Source of the DNA: Balanoglossus misakiensis
Lineage: Eukaryota; Animalia; Hemichordata
NCBI GenBank assembly: GCA_040954595.2
Contig: CM082597.2
Coordinates: forward strand, 7,708,343 to 7,772,342
Direction of reading: 5' to 3'
DNA length: 64,000 nucleotides
The translations under genes were made by a program, and so were the position numbers. Below are positions 62,641-64,000 of the stretch, one piece after another; position 1 is the stretch's first letter; the number at the start of each line of letters is the position of its first letter. Under the pieces are notes generated by a model. It did no database searches and was not told the origin of the DNA. It saw nothing but the letters and a program-made list of their open reading frames with translations.

Positions 62641-64000
62641 TTCCATCACATTGCTTTTACTCTACATGCGATCGTAAGTTGTAAGTTCAAAGGTCATGAA
62701 ACTAAAAAAAATTACAGGCATGAAACACTTCACATCATCAGATCATGCCTGTTATTATTTTTTCTTTTAGGTCCAAAGCTCACGAAAATAAAAAAAAAAT
62801 ACAGACATGAAAAAAAATTACAGTTATGACATTTTTATTACAGGCATGAAATTTTTAGTACAGACATGAAAACAAATTACAGGTATGAAATAAAAACATT
62901 CTCCTGTGGCCTCATTAAGCCTCCGTGCCATACAAAGAGTACACACCTATCGTGTCATTTGGTATCAAGAGATGAAAATCTGGTGCATAAAAGGTACTAT
63001 GGCTTAATGGCGACGGTCCTAAAAGATATGGAGAAGTATTTTATTGTGGGGGAAAATAAGTGAAATTTGGCAGCTCATGGGGCTTTAATGTGAGATTGAG
63101 CGACCCGTTTCGTCATCGACAAGTTCACAGTAAACGTTATGGGGCGCTGACGGTTAATAAAGGACACATGTAATGATAGGTACACTCAGGTACAAAGCAC
63201 TATTTCTCCCGACAAAAGTCGAGCATTAGGCCCGCTCTGCAATGGGCTGGCAGCGACTGTTACCTAACCCAACAGGACTGCATGGGGCTTCAGTGCGGGA
63301 CTGTGCGATCCAATTCCACAAATTAGGCCTACCATTAAACCATATGTCGCGCAGGCGCGTGCTATAACAGGTACATCCACTTACAAAGTATTATTTTAGG
63401 AAGTGCTTCATAAGATTTGAATATGCAAATACACAAAGGTAGACATCTATTGCTTATAAACCAATCAGACAAATTGTCTATTTTATGAACCAATCACAAT
63501 ATCAAAGTTTTGCGCATAGCGCAAACAGAAATGTATAAGAACGTCCTTTAGATACTGAAATTCACCAGTCTGATCCCCAGCGCAGCCTGCAATCATCTGA
63601 AGCAACAGAACAGTTTGGGTATGTACATGTATTTTCGTTAGTTCGCGATCGTATTTGTGTTTTAATCGAAATGCAGTCTTGATGAACTTTAAAGCCCCTA
63701 AAGCTGCCAAATTTCATATTTTTTTCCACAGTTAAATGCTTAAAATATATTCCCTATCCTCTAAAATCTTCACCATTAAGCCATATGACTTGCATTTGCA
63801 TCAGTTTGTCATCTTTTGGCGACGCATACCACGATAGCTGCGTACTGTCTGTATGGAGGCTGATTAAATCGGTGCGGCACCATTTTAATACATACCGTGT
63901 TCAAATTGCAACATGCAGTCACAATCGGGCATCGATAAGGTGTTCATGTATACCTATCAGTAAGCTTATTTAGATGGACCAATTCAAGTTGGAAAATAAA

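Noticed and set aside
63483-63710. Possible further KCP-like exon
   Set aside because: No VWC Cys pattern and a weak donor; cannot be supported.

Overview
Eukaryotic, AT-rich, intron-rich animal genomic DNA. Gene content and repeat style suggest a marine invertebrate, possibly a hemichordate or other deuterostome, but that is inference only. Most of the supplied ORF track is spurious or covers single exons. I reconstructed exons by hand from GT/AG boundaries and phases. (1) An apparently intact minus-strand gene starts at ATG 32038 and runs off the left edge. It encodes a mosaic extracellular protein: signal peptide, trefoil, fucolectin/FTP-like, EGF, Link-like, FA58C, PAN, CUB, C-type lectin and at least 6 LDLa repeats (possibly a GRL101/LGR-type receptor; the C-terminus is not in the window). 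(2) A minus-strand kielin/chordin-like (KCP/BMPER family) locus at 35784 to at least 59824 encodes VWC repeats, VWD (GDPH), C8 and TIL. It carries two in-frame stops, a frameshift, a missing exon and several Cys losses, so it is probably a pseudogene. (3) A young, intact Ty3/Gypsy LTR retrotransposon (49844-57911) has 642-bp LTRs, a tRNA-Ser PBS and an RRM/PNMA-like Gag. (4) There are three LINE fragments and many MITEs. The most striking structure is a 12.6-kb block (17698-30275) in intron 2 of gene 1. It parses as eight Helentron-like non-autonomous (HINE/DINE-1-like) elements nested inside one another like balanced brackets: 8 left ends, 8 right ends, subfamily-matched, each inserted in the A-rich microsatellite next to its host's terminal hairpin.
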